From the sequence record NC_018855.1: a DNA stretch of 64,000 bases. One strand, written 5' to 3'. Source of the stretch: Escherichia phage HX01. The notes under the pieces are model-generated. The model was not told the DNA's origin. It ran no database searches and saw only the letters and a list, made by a program, of their open reading frames with translations. Shown here one piece after another: positions 1-8,795 of this stretch. Both the position numbers and the translations under genes were made by a program. Position 1 is the stretch's first letter, and every line of letters begins with the position of its first letter.

Positions 1-69
1 GTAGCTCAATGGGAGAGCTGTCAGCTCATAACTGATAGGTAGCTGGATCGAAACCAGCCAGGGTCACCA
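1..69 (+). tRNA. tRNA with anticodon CAT (Met or lysidine-Ile type), 5' end cut by window edge
   Basis: D-arm AGCTCAATGGGAGAGC, anticodon stem GTCAG/CTGAT with loop CTCATAA, T-arm GCTGG-ATCGAAA-CCAGC, encoded CCA at 67-69. Confidence 0.7.
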
Positions 70-72
70 ATC

Positions 73-149
<77 letters not shown>

Positions 150-167
150 ACTTTAAGTGAGGAAAAT

Positions 168-512
168 ATGAAAGGCAATATTTATCTGGTAGTTCATGAC
201 TTAACGTTTTATTTTAACGAACGTGAAACAGTTATTTCCGATAGGTTAATTAATTCGCTGTATCAGCATGCTGATTATGTCTATTTTCAAAATGAATTCG
301 GACATTGGAAGTTTCTTAAAAACCGTTCCGGGTTAACTAGTTTTGAATACTTTGACCGTAAAGACCTTTTAAACGAAATTCCATTACAACATCGGTTCCA
401 GAAACGCGAATCACTATACTATTGTCGTCATATACCAAATGCTGAATGTGTTGATGAAGTAATTAATCTATGGCGTAGACGTAGAGAACAAATTGATGAT
501 ATGTCAAAATAA
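168..512 (+). CDS. hypothetical protein in tRNA region
   Basis: ORF track 120..512; start moved to ATG 168 after SD GAGG, since upstream part overlaps tRNA-Arg. Confidence 0.5.
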   Translation: MKGNIYLVVHDLTFYFNERETVISDRLINSLYQHADYVYFQNEFGHWKFLKNRSGLTSFEYFDRKDLLNEIPLQHRFQKRESLYYCRHIPNAECVDEVINLWRRRREQIDDMSK

Positions 513-680
513 GAAGCCGGGTCGCTACCGGCAAGTCGTCGGACTGATGTTCCCTGAGTAAGGACTGGTCTTAATAAATCTTTATGATTTGTTAATATCC
601 CCTTACATCACAGCAGAAACGGCGCAAAGAATTATCGATTCGAGGAAATATCTTTGCCGTAAGCCGAGTAGCGTTTTTGA

Positions 681-771
681 CGGAACGTTCGGATATGGTC
701 GAGATATGGCCTTTTAAAAATATTGAGTAGCGTCAACTGCTTAATAACCGGGTTCGAATCCCGGCGTTTCG
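681..771 (+). ncRNA. candidate tRNA-like small stable RNA
   Basis: Canonical T-arm CCGGG-TTCGAAT-CCCGG at 748-764 and possible acceptor pairing CGGAACG/CGTTTCG; D-arm not canonical; T4 encodes stable RNAs next to its tRNAs. Confidence 0.3.
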
Positions 772-815
772 TACAAACACTTGCCTTAGTAGGTGGAAAC
801 CCCGACAAGGTATAT

Positions 816-846
816 AGCCCCTTCCGAAAGGTTGGGGCTTTTTTGT
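816..846 (+). terminator. rho-independent terminator
   Basis: GC stem AGCCCC..GGGGCT followed by TTTTTT. Confidence 0.7.
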
Positions 847-888
847 ATAAATATAGTAAACAATAAACCTACTTTCTAAGGACCAGCA

Positions 889-1515
889 ATGTATACTTTT
901 AATGAATTTTTAGCCGAAACGGAAGTAATCACCGAAGCCGGTGTACGTATGACAAAAGAGAAATGGCAAGCTGCTTACGATGCTATTTCTGGTACAAAAA
1001 CTAGTACAGAGTTTTTCAAAAACGTTCAAGCCATGTATGGTATCGACACTTCCAGCCAAAAAGAATATTACAGAGCTTCTAAAGCATTCAAAGATATTGT
1101 TAGTGGCGGTGTTTCTGCTAAATCGGGTTCGCCTAAAGTAAAACCTGCTCCTACCGTTCCTAAACCTGCGACCCCTAAAGCAATAGCAAAACCTGAGCCT
1201 AAGCCGGAAGTAAAAGCAACTCCTAAAGCTCCTGCTCTTAAGTTTGATACTTCTAGCCTGGAAAAAAAATATAAACAACTATCTTCGCTTGTTCGTGATA
1301 TTGAATCCGATACATCTTCACTCGTTCGTGAATTCAACAGTCTTCGTAATGGCCAACATATCAACAACCTTGATACCCCAGACCTTTATCGTCTTTATTT
1401 GACTATCGAAGGTTTGAAGTATACTCAACCACTTCACGATGCGATTAAAGAAAAACTTCGTCAGGCAGGTCGTTTGGCTGCTGACGCTGCTCAGTATGCA
1501 AAAACTCGTAAGTAA
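889..1515 (+). CDS. internal head protein-like (N-terminal capsid-targeting-like sequence, K/P-rich)
   Basis: 208 aa; N-terminus MYTFNEFLAE resembles the MKTYQEFI capsid-targeting sequence of T4 internal proteins as I recall it. Confidence 0.5.
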   Translation: MYTFNEFLAETEVITEAGVRMTKEKWQAAYDAISGTKTSTEFFKNVQAMYGIDTSSQKEYYRASKAFKDIVSGGVSAKSGSPKVKPAPTVPKPATPKAIAKPEPKPEVKATPKAPALKFDTSSLEKKYKQLSSLVRDIESDTSSLVREFNSLRNGQHINNLDTPDLYRLYLTIEGLKYTQPLHDAIKEKLRQAGRLAADAAQYAKTRK

Positions 1516-1518
1516 AGA

Positions 1519-1538
1519 ATGGGGACTTCGGTCCCCAT
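1519..1538 (+). other. RNA hairpin with TTCG tetraloop, followed by TTAGGGGG
   Basis: ATGGGGAC-TTCG-GTCCCCAT; no T-run. Confidence 0.5.
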
Positions 1539-1567
1539 TAGGGGGTCTATAACTTACTGAAAAAGTT

Positions 1568-1600
1568 GTTTACTTCTTCCCTAGATGTGTTACTATAGAC
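1568..1600 (+). promoter_or_regulatory. T4-type early promoter (GTTTAC -35, TAnTAT -10)
   Basis: GTTTAC at 1568-1573, 17-nt spacer, TGTGTTACTATAGACC. Confidence 0.55.
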
Positions 1601-1624
1601 CTATAAAAACATGAGGAAAATGTT

Positions 1625-1930
1625 ATGAGTCTTTATACCGAACTGAATAAAAAATCTGAAGAATCTGCTGAAACTATTTTTAAAAACGTGCAAAAGCGTA
1701 TTTTAGAAAAGATGTATAACACTGCAGCTAAAGGTGAAAAATCTTGCCGGTTTCCGATGAGGTGTTCTTCAGATTTATGCGCAAATACTATTGAATGGCT
1801 GGAAAGTGAAGGTCTTACGGTAGAGAAAAACCCGGCGACTTCTATTGACAGTGAATCATATATTAGTATTTCTTGGGATAAACCACGTATGAATGAAGGA
1901 CACTACAAGTTGTTAAGTTGGAAAAAATAA
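1625..1930 (+). CDS. hypothetical protein
   Basis: 101-aa ORF after promoter, SD GAGGAAAA. Confidence 0.55.
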   Translation: MSLYTELNKKSEESAETIFKNVQKRILEKMYNTAAKGEKSCRFPMRCSSDLCANTIEWLESEGLTVEKNPATSIDSESYISISWDKPRMNEGHYKLLSWKK

Positions 1931-1997
1931 AATAATGATGTACAAGCACCAAGGATGGTGATACTATAGACTTATCAACTACAGTGGAGTAAACAAA

Positions 1998-2162
1998 ATG
2001 ACTACTTTAATTATTTGGTTTGACGAAAATGAAGAAACATACTGTGTGAACATTGGCGAAAGCCCAATGCCTGAATTTGAATCCTCAGATAAAAACTCTG
2101 TTGTATCTTGGGCTGAAGGTTATAAAGCCGCTAAAGGTGACGTTGAAATAATTTACATCTAA
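1998..2162 (+). CDS. hypothetical small protein (54 aa)
   Basis: ATG after SD GGAG; below 60-aa track cutoff; read manually. Confidence 0.4.
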   Translation: MTTLIIWFDENEETYCVNIGESPMPEFESSDKNSVVSWAEGYKAAKGDVEIIYI

Positions 2163-2208
2163 GTAAGTTTATGTTATAGTAATCACATCAAATCAAGAGG
2201 AAAACAAA

Positions 2209-2436
2209 ATGGCTAAAGTTAGTATTGATGTCGTTGATTATGAATACACCGAAGAAGTTATTCGCAACCGTCACCCTGAAGTTCGTATCGATTCAGTCCA
2301 AGATTCCAAGTTCTGGACAACTGAGCTTAATCTAAGTGGTCCTTATGAAGCTGTTAAGAAGTTCATGGTTGAAGAATACTGTGAAGGCATGCACCCAGAA
2401 GACGCCGAGTTTTATGTCAATTTGATTAAAAAATAA
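2209..2436 (+). CDS. hypothetical protein
   Basis: 75-aa ORF, SD AGAGGAAAA. Confidence 0.55.
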   Translation: MAKVSIDVVDYEYTEEVIRNRHPEVRIDSVQDSKFWTTELNLSGPYEAVKKFMVEEYCEGMHPEDAEFYVNLIKK

Positions 2437-2465
2437 TTTACAAACTCTTGAGAGCAGAGTATAAT
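2437..2465 (+). promoter_or_regulatory. early promoter (TTTACA -35, perfect TATAAT -10)
   Basis: TTTACA 2437-2442, 17-nt spacer, TATAAT 2460-2465; -10 flanked by inverted repeat GAGAGC/GCTCTC. Confidence 0.55.
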
Positions 2466-2506
2466 GCTCTCGTTGGATAACAAACCACCAATTGAAAGGT
2501 AATAAT

Positions 2507-3100
2507 ATGAACACACTGAAGAAACTTGTTGAATTCATCCGCACTAAACTGGGTACTGCTATGGCTAAAAATCTGACTGTAGAAGAACAGTATAACGCAG
2601 CTGCAGATAAGTTGATTACCCAAATCAAAGAACTAAAAACGGCTTCTGTTAAATCTATTAATGAAGAAAAACGTATTCGCGAACTTGTTAATGAAAAGAA
2701 CAAGCAAGCCGCTTCTAAGGAACGTGAAATTCGTAAGCTCCTGGCTGAAGGACAAGATGTTACCATGCATGCTAAGCTTGGTCTTCTGTATCGTCGAACG
2801 GCTGAACAACTTAATACAAAAGCTGACGGGTATGCCGCTATGCGAATTGAAATTGCTCGTAAGGTGGTTGAACTTGACGATGCTCGTCAGAACCTGGCAA
2901 TCAAACTCGAATACATTCGTGAAACTCGAGCAGCCAATGCCCTTGGTATCTCTACGGCTGATGATGTAATTGAAATCGCTGCACTAACTAAGGTTGATAT
3001 TGAAGACACTCTGACTCGTGTTGAAACGTTCAATGGCACTCCAACCGGTGTCGAAACCACTTCTGCTGATGTACAAGAATATATTAACTCTTTGAAATAA
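2507..3100 (+). CDS. hypothetical protein
   Basis: ORF track 2492..3100; first ATG at 2507. Confidence 0.6.
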   Translation: MNTLKKLVEFIRTKLGTAMAKNLTVEEQYNAAADKLITQIKELKTASVKSINEEKRIRELVNEKNKQAASKEREIRKLLAEGQDVTMHAKLGLLYRRTAEQLNTKADGYAAMRIEIARKVVELDDARQNLAIKLEYIRETRAANALGISTADDVIEIAALTKVDIEDTLTRVETFNGTPTGVETTSADVQEYINSLK

Positions 3101-3108
3101 AATAATAC

Positions 3109-3130
3109 GGAGGACTCCGGTCCTCCTTTT
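3109..3130 (+). terminator. rho-independent terminator
   Basis: GGAGGAC-TCCG-GTCCTCC then TTTT. Confidence 0.65.
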
Positions 3131-3149
3131 GGATAATAAAGGAGTTAAC

Positions 3150-3746
3150 ATGCGAAACCAAAATAATGATATTGACTCAATGTTCGAAGAGTTCCGAAAT
3201 AAGGTAAATCCACCTACGTCTTTAGTTGATTCATTACGATATGTTGCAACTGGACGTAAATGGTATTGGTCGTCTTCTTATGAGACAACTGAATATGCAA
3301 ATAACCGAAAATCTTTATTAGCCCCAGGTATTATGATTCATGATATCGGAGCTATTGCTAAACTAGTTGCAGACCATGATATTAGATTCACTGATTTCGT
3401 TGCTCCTACGTGGTCTGTTTGTTGTTTAAACACTGAATGGGACTATATCAGTGAACGTTCAGATGATTACATAGGCTTTAGAGACAAGCTTTTAAGGTCT
3501 AACATGTTTTATATTGATACAGAAGTTCTGGTCAATAATAAAAAATACTACTTCACTTTAATCGTCGATTCTGAAACTATGTATGAAGGCAAGCCTTTGC
3601 TTAAAAGAGTTGATGCTTTAAGTGCTATTGATGCGCTTTATGAAACCATGGTTGTTAGTCCTAATTTCACTAACAATTTAATCCTTGAGCAATTTATTAT
3701 GGAATGTAGAGAATATGTCAAAGCCAACCCTATACATGCCAAGTAA
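3150..3746 (+). CDS. hypothetical protein containing the EQFIMECR motif
   Basis: ORF track 3129..3746; ATG 3150 after SD AAAGGAG. Confidence 0.6.
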   Translation: MRNQNNDIDSMFEEFRNKVNPPTSLVDSLRYVATGRKWYWSSSYETTEYANNRKSLLAPGIMIHDIGAIAKLVADHDIRFTDFVAPTWSVCCLNTEWDYISERSDDYIGFRDKLLRSNMFYIDTEVLVNNKKYYFTLIVDSETMYEGKPLLKRVDALSAIDALYETMVVSPNFTNNLILEQFIMECREYVKANPIHAK

Positions 3747-4110
3747 GCCCTGGGCGTATGAATACAAGCGTAAATTAATCCCAAATGAAGTACTATTTGG
3801 CCCTATTTTAGCTTTAGCATTTTTAATCTTTATGATTATAGGAGCTGTTTTAGATTCCAATAAAGTTATATCGTCTGATGCAGCGTTTTCATTAATGTTC
3901 GTCGCACCACTTATTGTACCGTTTTTATTAATGCCTATTAATTGGGCAGGATATTGGCACCAAGGCCGTCATCACAGAGCCCGATTAAGAGAATGGAAAG
4001 TTCAGTGCGCAAAAGCCCAAGCTCAGTATGATGAAGCTGTTAAAAAGTATGAATATGAAGAAGCTATGGAATTCGTTAAGGAAATAAGATGCAAAAACCT
4101 CAACTCTTAA
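3715..4110 (+). CDS. small membrane protein, C-terminal EFVKEIRCKN tail
   Basis: ORF track 3685..4110; first ATG 3715; hydrophobic segments. Confidence 0.5.
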   Translation: MSKPTLYMPSKPWAYEYKRKLIPNEVLFGPILALAFLIFMIIGAVLDSNKVISSDAAFSLMFVAPLIVPFLLMPINWAGYWHQGRHHRARLREWKVQCAKAQAQYDEAVKKYEYEEAMEFVKEIRCKNLNS

Positions 4111-4451
4111 CCGTATGGCCTTCTCTTGGTGAGAACATTCTAATTTTTATTATGAGTATTGGCATGGGATTTGCCTTTGGATTAGTTGGATTTCTTATTG
4201 ACGGCGTTGTGTTAGGATTTATAGGGAACACTGGTGGATTCACAGACCAATGGCAGGACTTACGGTATACCCAAGCCTTTGCATCCATCGCATCATTTTG
4301 TACTGTAGTCTATTTTTACTACGATTTTATAAACCATAACAAGAAAAATAAAAAGGTTTACGCTTCTCAAATGATTAGTTATAATGAACTCCTAGCTAGA
4401 CGTGAAAATGAAACAATAGAAAACTTTATTAAGGAATGTAGAAATGAGTAA
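4089..4451 (+). CDS. small membrane protein, C-terminal ENFIKECRNE tail
   Basis: 120 aa, SD AAGGA, hydrophobic N-terminal half. Confidence 0.6.
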   Translation: MQKPQLLTVWPSLGENILIFIMSIGMGFAFGLVGFLIDGVVLGFIGNTGGFTDQWQDLRYTQAFASIASFCTVVYFYYDFINHNKKNKKVYASQMISYNELLARRENETIENFIKECRNE

Positions 4452-4749
4452 GATTATTGAAATTAAAGTACCAGAGTTTAATGATGCCAAATCCGCTTCA
4501 GATGCAATTTATAAACTTCTGAATCAAGCTGAACGTATCGAAGAAGAAGCAACAAAGATCGCAGACCAATATGCCGTATCATTTTCTGTAGGTGATTATG
4601 GTAGCGGTCGTACTTATTATCCTAAGGGTGAAATCGTATCCCAGTGGATGAAAGATGAAATTGAAAATAATGGTGGCGATGTTAAGCGTGAAGGTAATGG
4701 TTACGTTATTACTGAAGGTGCTTGGGTTTCGTCTTCTGCGTTGTGCTAA
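4444..4749 (+). CDS. hypothetical protein, paralog family ending W-V-SSSALC
   Basis: 101 aa; first of three tandem paralogs. Confidence 0.6.
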   Translation: MSKIIEIKVPEFNDAKSASDAIYKLLNQAERIEEEATKIADQYAVSFSVGDYGSGRTYYPKGEIVSQWMKDEIENNGGDVKREGNGYVITEGAWVSSSALC

Positions 4750-4758
4750 GGAATCATT

Positions 4759-5031
4759 ATGTCTAAAGAACAAACCGAACTGGCTGAAGCTGTAGCAAAA
4801 ATCTATGCAGCTATTGAGGCTGCCAAAGAAATTGCTGATAAACAAAACACAACATTCGACTTGTATCCAGCTTATGGTATGGGTGGAACATATCATTCAC
4901 CCGGACAGCTTAAAGCCGATCTTGAACGTTGTACAAAAAACGGCTATGCTGAATGGGCTGACGTTTACCAATACGACTACAACCTGAGCCTCGAAACTGG
5001 TGGTTGGATCGCATCTTCTCACACTTGCTAA
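4759..5031 (+). CDS. hypothetical protein, paralog family ending W-I-ASSHTC
   Basis: 90 aa. Confidence 0.6.
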   Translation: MSKEQTELAEAVAKIYAAIEAAKEIADKQNTTFDLYPAYGMGGTYHSPGQLKADLERCTKNGYAEWADVYQYDYNLSLETGGWIASSHTC

Positions 5032-5040
5032 GGAAACCAT

Positions 5041-5238
5041 ATGTCTCGTGAATTAGATTGTGCTGTACGTACGGCAGTAGCTGCCCTGGAAAACCTGTTC
5101 CAAATTGCAACAGAAGAACGCGAAGAAGTTACATTGTGGATTGAAGATAACGCAGGTCTGAATCTCCAGAACGCGATCTCATTATCCCACAATAGTATCA
5201 CTGTTCAAGGCTGGGTATCATCTAGTTATTCTTGCTAA
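5041..5238 (+). CDS. hypothetical protein, paralog family ending W-V-SSSYSC
   Basis: 65 aa. Confidence 0.55.
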   Translation: MSRELDCAVRTAVAALENLFQIATEEREEVTLWIEDNAGLNLQNAISLSHNSITVQGWVSSSYSC

Positions 5239-5242
5239 AACA

Positions 5243-5272
5243 GTTTACAACAAGATAGGGCTATGTTATAGT
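5243..5272 (+). promoter_or_regulatory. early promoter with inverted repeat around -10
   Basis: GTTTAC 5243-5248; GATAGGGCTA / TAGTCCTATC inverted repeat. Confidence 0.5.
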
Positions 5273-5300
5273 AGTCCTATCAAATTAAATGGAGTCCACA

Positions 5301-5540
5301 ATGATTTATTACGAAAGTATTGGAACCGAAGTGGTTGCTAAAACCATTACTCGTGAAAAGTTTGCAAAGATATTCGATATGCGTTATAAAAAATCTGAAC
5401 ACAAAGGCATCCGATTCGAAGATGCACACTGTACAATTTGCCCTTATAACGAAGACATAAATGGTACAATCGTTCCATTGGTAGAGGCTTCACACGATGA
5501 CCTCTGGGATGAATATGATATCGCATGTCGTGAAATTTAA
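5301..5540 (+). CDS. hypothetical protein
   Basis: ORF track 5289..5540; ATG 5301 after SD GGAG. Confidence 0.5.
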   Translation: MIYYESIGTEVVAKTITREKFAKIFDMRYKKSEHKGIRFEDAHCTICPYNEDINGTIVPLVEASHDDLWDEYDIACREI

Positions 5541-5568
5541 GTTAATGAATTAATCCGAGGAAAATATT

Positions 5569-6525
5569 ATGATGTTAGTTATTGGTTCTCGTGCACTTCA
5601 CTATCACGGTCTTATTGATTCTAACGCTATCAAAAATAGTGACTGGGACTTTATTGCAGACCAAGGTTCTTGGAATGCATTCAAAAATCAAATGATGGGT
5701 GTATATGTTCACCAAGATAACCCTGATGTCCAAGTTTTCAAATGCTTCCATAATGGACGCGAAACTCATTTTGAAGCATATATTGTTCCGGCAATCACTA
5801 ATGTCCGTGAATTAGTAGGTGAACTCACTCCTGAAGATTTCACGTCTTCTTATGACCTTTTAAAATACGCCAAGAAAAATTTGACTAAAGACCGTTTGAA
5901 CGGGTTTTACTGGGCAACTCCTGAGATATGTCTTGCAATTAAGATGTCTCATCGTTTCAAGAAAAATAATCCATTCTTTTTAAAGACTATGAACCATATT
6001 CAGTATCTTCGTGGTAAAGGTGTTACACTGAACGATGAACTTACTGAAATTATGCTAAAACGCCAGAAAGAAACCTTGAACTATGCTCACCCAGTTCTTG
6101 ACACTTCTAAAAGTGCGTTCTTTAAAGATGACATCTATACATATGACCATGATACTATTCATGAAGCCATTGCACTAACAGACCGTCCAGCGTATACATT
6201 TTATATGAAAGACGGTTCTGAAGTCATGACATCACGCGAGAAGTTCGAATCATTACCAGAAATGGTCAAATTGGCCGGTGTATACGAAGAATCATGTGTA
6301 CTAGCATTAGAACGTTCTCAAATTCCTAATGACTTTAAAATTAACCCTGAAGCCAGTTTTATGATGGCATTAGAAAAAGTATGTACAAGCATCACCTCCG
6401 GTTGGTTCCGTGAGTATGCCTGGGAAAACTACAGCAAAGTAGTAAGTATGTACCAAAGCTTAGGACATGATGATTACGTCAAACGTTTCAAACAAAATTT
6501 CCATATGGTAAAACCTTTCAAATAA
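5569..6525 (+). CDS. predicted nucleotidyltransferase-fold protein
   Basis: 318 aa; N-terminal IGSRALHYHGLIDSNAIKNSDWDF resembles the GS...DxD motif of Pol-beta-type NTases; unverified. Confidence 0.6.
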   Translation: MMLVIGSRALHYHGLIDSNAIKNSDWDFIADQGSWNAFKNQMMGVYVHQDNPDVQVFKCFHNGRETHFEAYIVPAITNVRELVGELTPEDFTSSYDLLKYAKKNLTKDRLNGFYWATPEICLAIKMSHRFKKNNPFFLKTMNHIQYLRGKGVTLNDELTEIMLKRQKETLNYAHPVLDTSKSAFFKDDIYTYDHDTIHEAIALTDRPAYTFYMKDGSEVMTSREKFESLPEMVKLAGVYEESCVLALERSQIPNDFKINPEASFMMALEKVCTSITSGWFREYAWENYSKVVSMYQSLGHDDYVKRFKQNFHMVKPFK

Positions 6526-6537
6526 CTTCACAAAACT

Positions 6538-6567
6538 GTTTACACAATTATAGGGCTATATTATAGT
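6538..6567 (+). promoter_or_regulatory. early promoter
   Basis: GTTTAC 6538-6543; near copy of the 5243 promoter. Confidence 0.5.
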
Positions 6568-6595
6568 AGTCCTATTAAAACATGAGGAGAATATT

Positions 6596-6901
6596 ATGAA
6601 ATTAACAGAAACCAACCGAATTGGTCTTTTAACAATATTTGCATCACCTTTTTACGCAGCCCTTTCTGTTGCAGTATTACAAAAGGCTTACGATATGGAT
6701 GGTGTTCCTGGTTTTGTATTCTTATCACCGTTTTTATTATTCGTCGGAGCATTGTTATTATATGCCACGACTAGTTTCGACCATAATGTCTGGGTCAATT
6801 ATAAATGTAAATTGTCTGAAGAAGAACACGCAGAAGCTCGTAAAAAAGCTATTGAATCTACCAATCTAGAAAATTTCATTAAAGAATGTCGAGGAAAATA
6901 A
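6596..6901 (+). CDS. small membrane protein, C-terminal ENFIKECRGK tail
   Basis: 101 aa, SD GAGGAG. Confidence 0.6.
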   Translation: MKLTETNRIGLLTIFASPFYAALSVAVLQKAYDMDGVPGFVFLSPFLLFVGALLLYATTSFDHNVWVNYKCKLSEEEHAEARKKAIESTNLENFIKECRGK

Positions 6902-6902
6902 T

Positions 6903-7589
6903 ATGAATAGTTCTAAAGTGTTTAATAGTCAAGCTCGTGCAGTAGGTGGTTTCGCTGGTAAAATTTCTAACGATAAAATCAAAAACGAACCTATGTTCTT
7001 CAACAGCTCGTTAGCCTTCGCTTTTGATAATGGTGGCCCTATTACTCGCAGCTTCATCATGAACCTACCAGATGATTGGAACACCGACCAGGTTGTATTT
7101 GATTCACGAGTCCACATGCTGATGCCTGGTTGGTATCCTGCTATTCCTGGATATCACCATGATGACGTACCACGCCCTGATATTCCAGTTGGTCAACACT
7201 TTATTACTGCAGGACAACCTGATTATGACAATCCTCGCTATTTGTCTGAACATATTCTTGGTCTTGTTAACGCTGATGTGTGTCCTACTCATTTTGCAAC
7301 AGGAACTGCAGAGTTCAGTCAGATTCCTGATGGCGAACTTATCTATCGTCAGTGGCACAAAGAAGTCCTCGAAAAAATTGAAAAAGGTGAACTAGAGAAA
7401 TGGGAAGCTCCAGATCGTACTCTTCTTCAGTTTGATTGGCAAACATGGCACACTGGTTCTCGTGCAATTAGTAACGGATGGCGTTGGTTCGGACGTGTAT
7501 CTCGTAATACAGACCGAGTTAAAAAGATTACCAATGAAATTCGTGTCAATGCTCAAGTTTATCTGGAATTCCCTATGGAAGGCTGGTAA
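6903..7589 (+). CDS. hypothetical protein
   Basis: 228-aa ORF, translationally coupled. Confidence 0.6.
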   Translation: MNSSKVFNSQARAVGGFAGKISNDKIKNEPMFFNSSLAFAFDNGGPITRSFIMNLPDDWNTDQVVFDSRVHMLMPGWYPAIPGYHHDDVPRPDIPVGQHFITAGQPDYDNPRYLSEHILGLVNADVCPTHFATGTAEFSQIPDGELIYRQWHKEVLEKIEKGELEKWEAPDRTLLQFDWQTWHTGSRAISNGWRWFGRVSRNTDRVKKITNEIRVNAQVYLEFPMEGW

Positions 7590-8080
7590 TGATTAACAAA
7601 ACATATTGGTCTAATATAGACGATAGCAATGAAGGTATTTCATACTATTCAGTAGATTGGACAGGATGTCCATCCTACTTAGTGAAAAATATTTGCCAAG
7701 AATTTAAAATCGACCAGCCAGCAGGTATTATCGTGAACAGATACATTAATGGATATCAACCTATCGATGAAGTAATACGAACAACTCAAGCTGAGCTTGA
7801 AAGGTTTTTCAATAAGTGCCAATGGATAACAGGATGGATTATATTTGTACCATCTATATGGTTTTTCAGTACTAAGGTGAGTTCTTTCGGTTTTGTTGAT
7901 ATTATTGCTATCTTATTAGCATCTAGTATCATAAGTGTTGTTGGTGGCATCATTGGCGGCGGTACCGCCGCCATCATTATTAATCTTGTTAAAAGTAGTT
8001 TACAAGAACATAAAGACAAGATAAAAGCCAAGAATAATGAAGTTGAACGTTTTATTACCGAATGCAGGAATTTGAGATGA
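7589..8080 (+). CDS. membrane protein with glycine-zipper TM segment, C-terminal ERFITECRNLR
   Basis: 163 aa; VVGGIIGGGTAAIII. Confidence 0.6.
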   Translation: MINKTYWSNIDDSNEGISYYSVDWTGCPSYLVKNICQEFKIDQPAGIIVNRYINGYQPIDEVIRTTQAELERFFNKCQWITGWIIFVPSIWFFSTKVSSFGFVDIIAILLASSIISVVGGIIGGGTAAIIINLVKSSLQEHKDKIKAKNNEVERFITECRNLR

Positions 8081-8313
8081 GTATAGCAATTTACATTAAA
8101 TCAGAATCATGTGATTCTTATCTGTATTCCTATGATACCGGAACGTCAGAAGAGAAAATCAAAGAAGATTTAGAAAGCGACTTGGATATGTTCCGACCTA
8201 TTTCTGATTATATGGTCCAAATATCTGATAGTGAAAGTCCGTCAACAGAAACATGTGTTGAAATTATTATACGAGATATCTTTAAACAATCATGGGACCG
8301 AGATGATGAGTAA
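8077..8313 (+). CDS. hypothetical acidic protein
   Basis: ORF track 8062..8313; ATGA overlap start at 8077. Confidence 0.5.
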   Translation: MSIAIYIKSESCDSYLYSYDTGTSEEKIKEDLESDLDMFRPISDYMVQISDSESPSTETCVEIIIRDIFKQSWDRDDE

Positions 8314-8761
8314 GAAAAATAAAGTGAAAGAACTATCAGCCGGTATTATTTTCCTTACCGAAGATAAAGAATTATTCATGGGGCGTGTAACTGGTTCTCG
8401 TCCTAAAGGTTCTTTAGCTCATCGGTGGGATATTCCTAAAGGTCGTGTCGAGCCCGGTGAATCTCCTATCGAAGCCGCTATTCGTGAATGCGAAGAAGAA
8501 ACTGGGTTTACACAATATGACCCTGCCTTCCTGAAAGACCTAGGTGAACATCATTACTCAGACAATAAGAATATTCACCTGTTCCTATATACCATCCCTG
8601 TAGAGCACGAGCAATTCAGAAATAGTGTTTGTAATTCCTATCATACATTCCCAGACGGACGTCAGATTCCTGAATTTGATGCATTCGCTTTAATTAAACC
8701 TTCTCAATGGGAATATGTAATGGGCAAATCATTATATAAGGTGCTCACTACCCTCCTATAA
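8303..8761 (+). CDS. nudE: Nudix hydrolase (T4 NudE / e.1-like)
   Basis: Nudix box GRVEPGESPIEAAIRECEEETG; lies just upstream of lysozyme as in T4; start trimmed to ATG 8303. Confidence 0.8.
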   Translation: MMSKKNKVKELSAGIIFLTEDKELFMGRVTGSRPKGSLAHRWDIPKGRVEPGESPIEAAIRECEEETGFTQYDPAFLKDLGEHHYSDNKNIHLFLYTIPVEHEQFRNSVCNSYHTFPDGRQIPEFDAFALIKPSQWEYVMGKSLYKVLTTLL

Positions 8762-8795
8762 GTAATAAATACCTCCTATAAACGTGGGAGGTATT
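8757..8795 (+). promoter_or_regulatory. late-promoter-like element plus hairpin covering the lysozyme ribosome-binding site
   Basis: AATAAATA 8764-8771 (one mismatch to TATAAATA); 9-bp inverted repeat AATACCTCC 8768-8776 / GGAGGTATT 8787-8795. Confidence 0.5.

Noticed and set aside
1141-1260. Lys/Pro-rich repetitive segment inside ORF 889..1515
   Set aside because: A protein-level low-complexity linker, not a DNA tandem repeat or CRISPR-like array.
910-1278. Minus-strand ORFs overlapping + strand genes (e.g. 910..1278, 2332..2766, 35952..36440, 40438..41031, 41944..42576, 61603..62082)
   Set aside because: They lie antisense within well-supported + strand genes, lack ribosome-binding sites and have low-complexity translations; treated as shadow ORFs.
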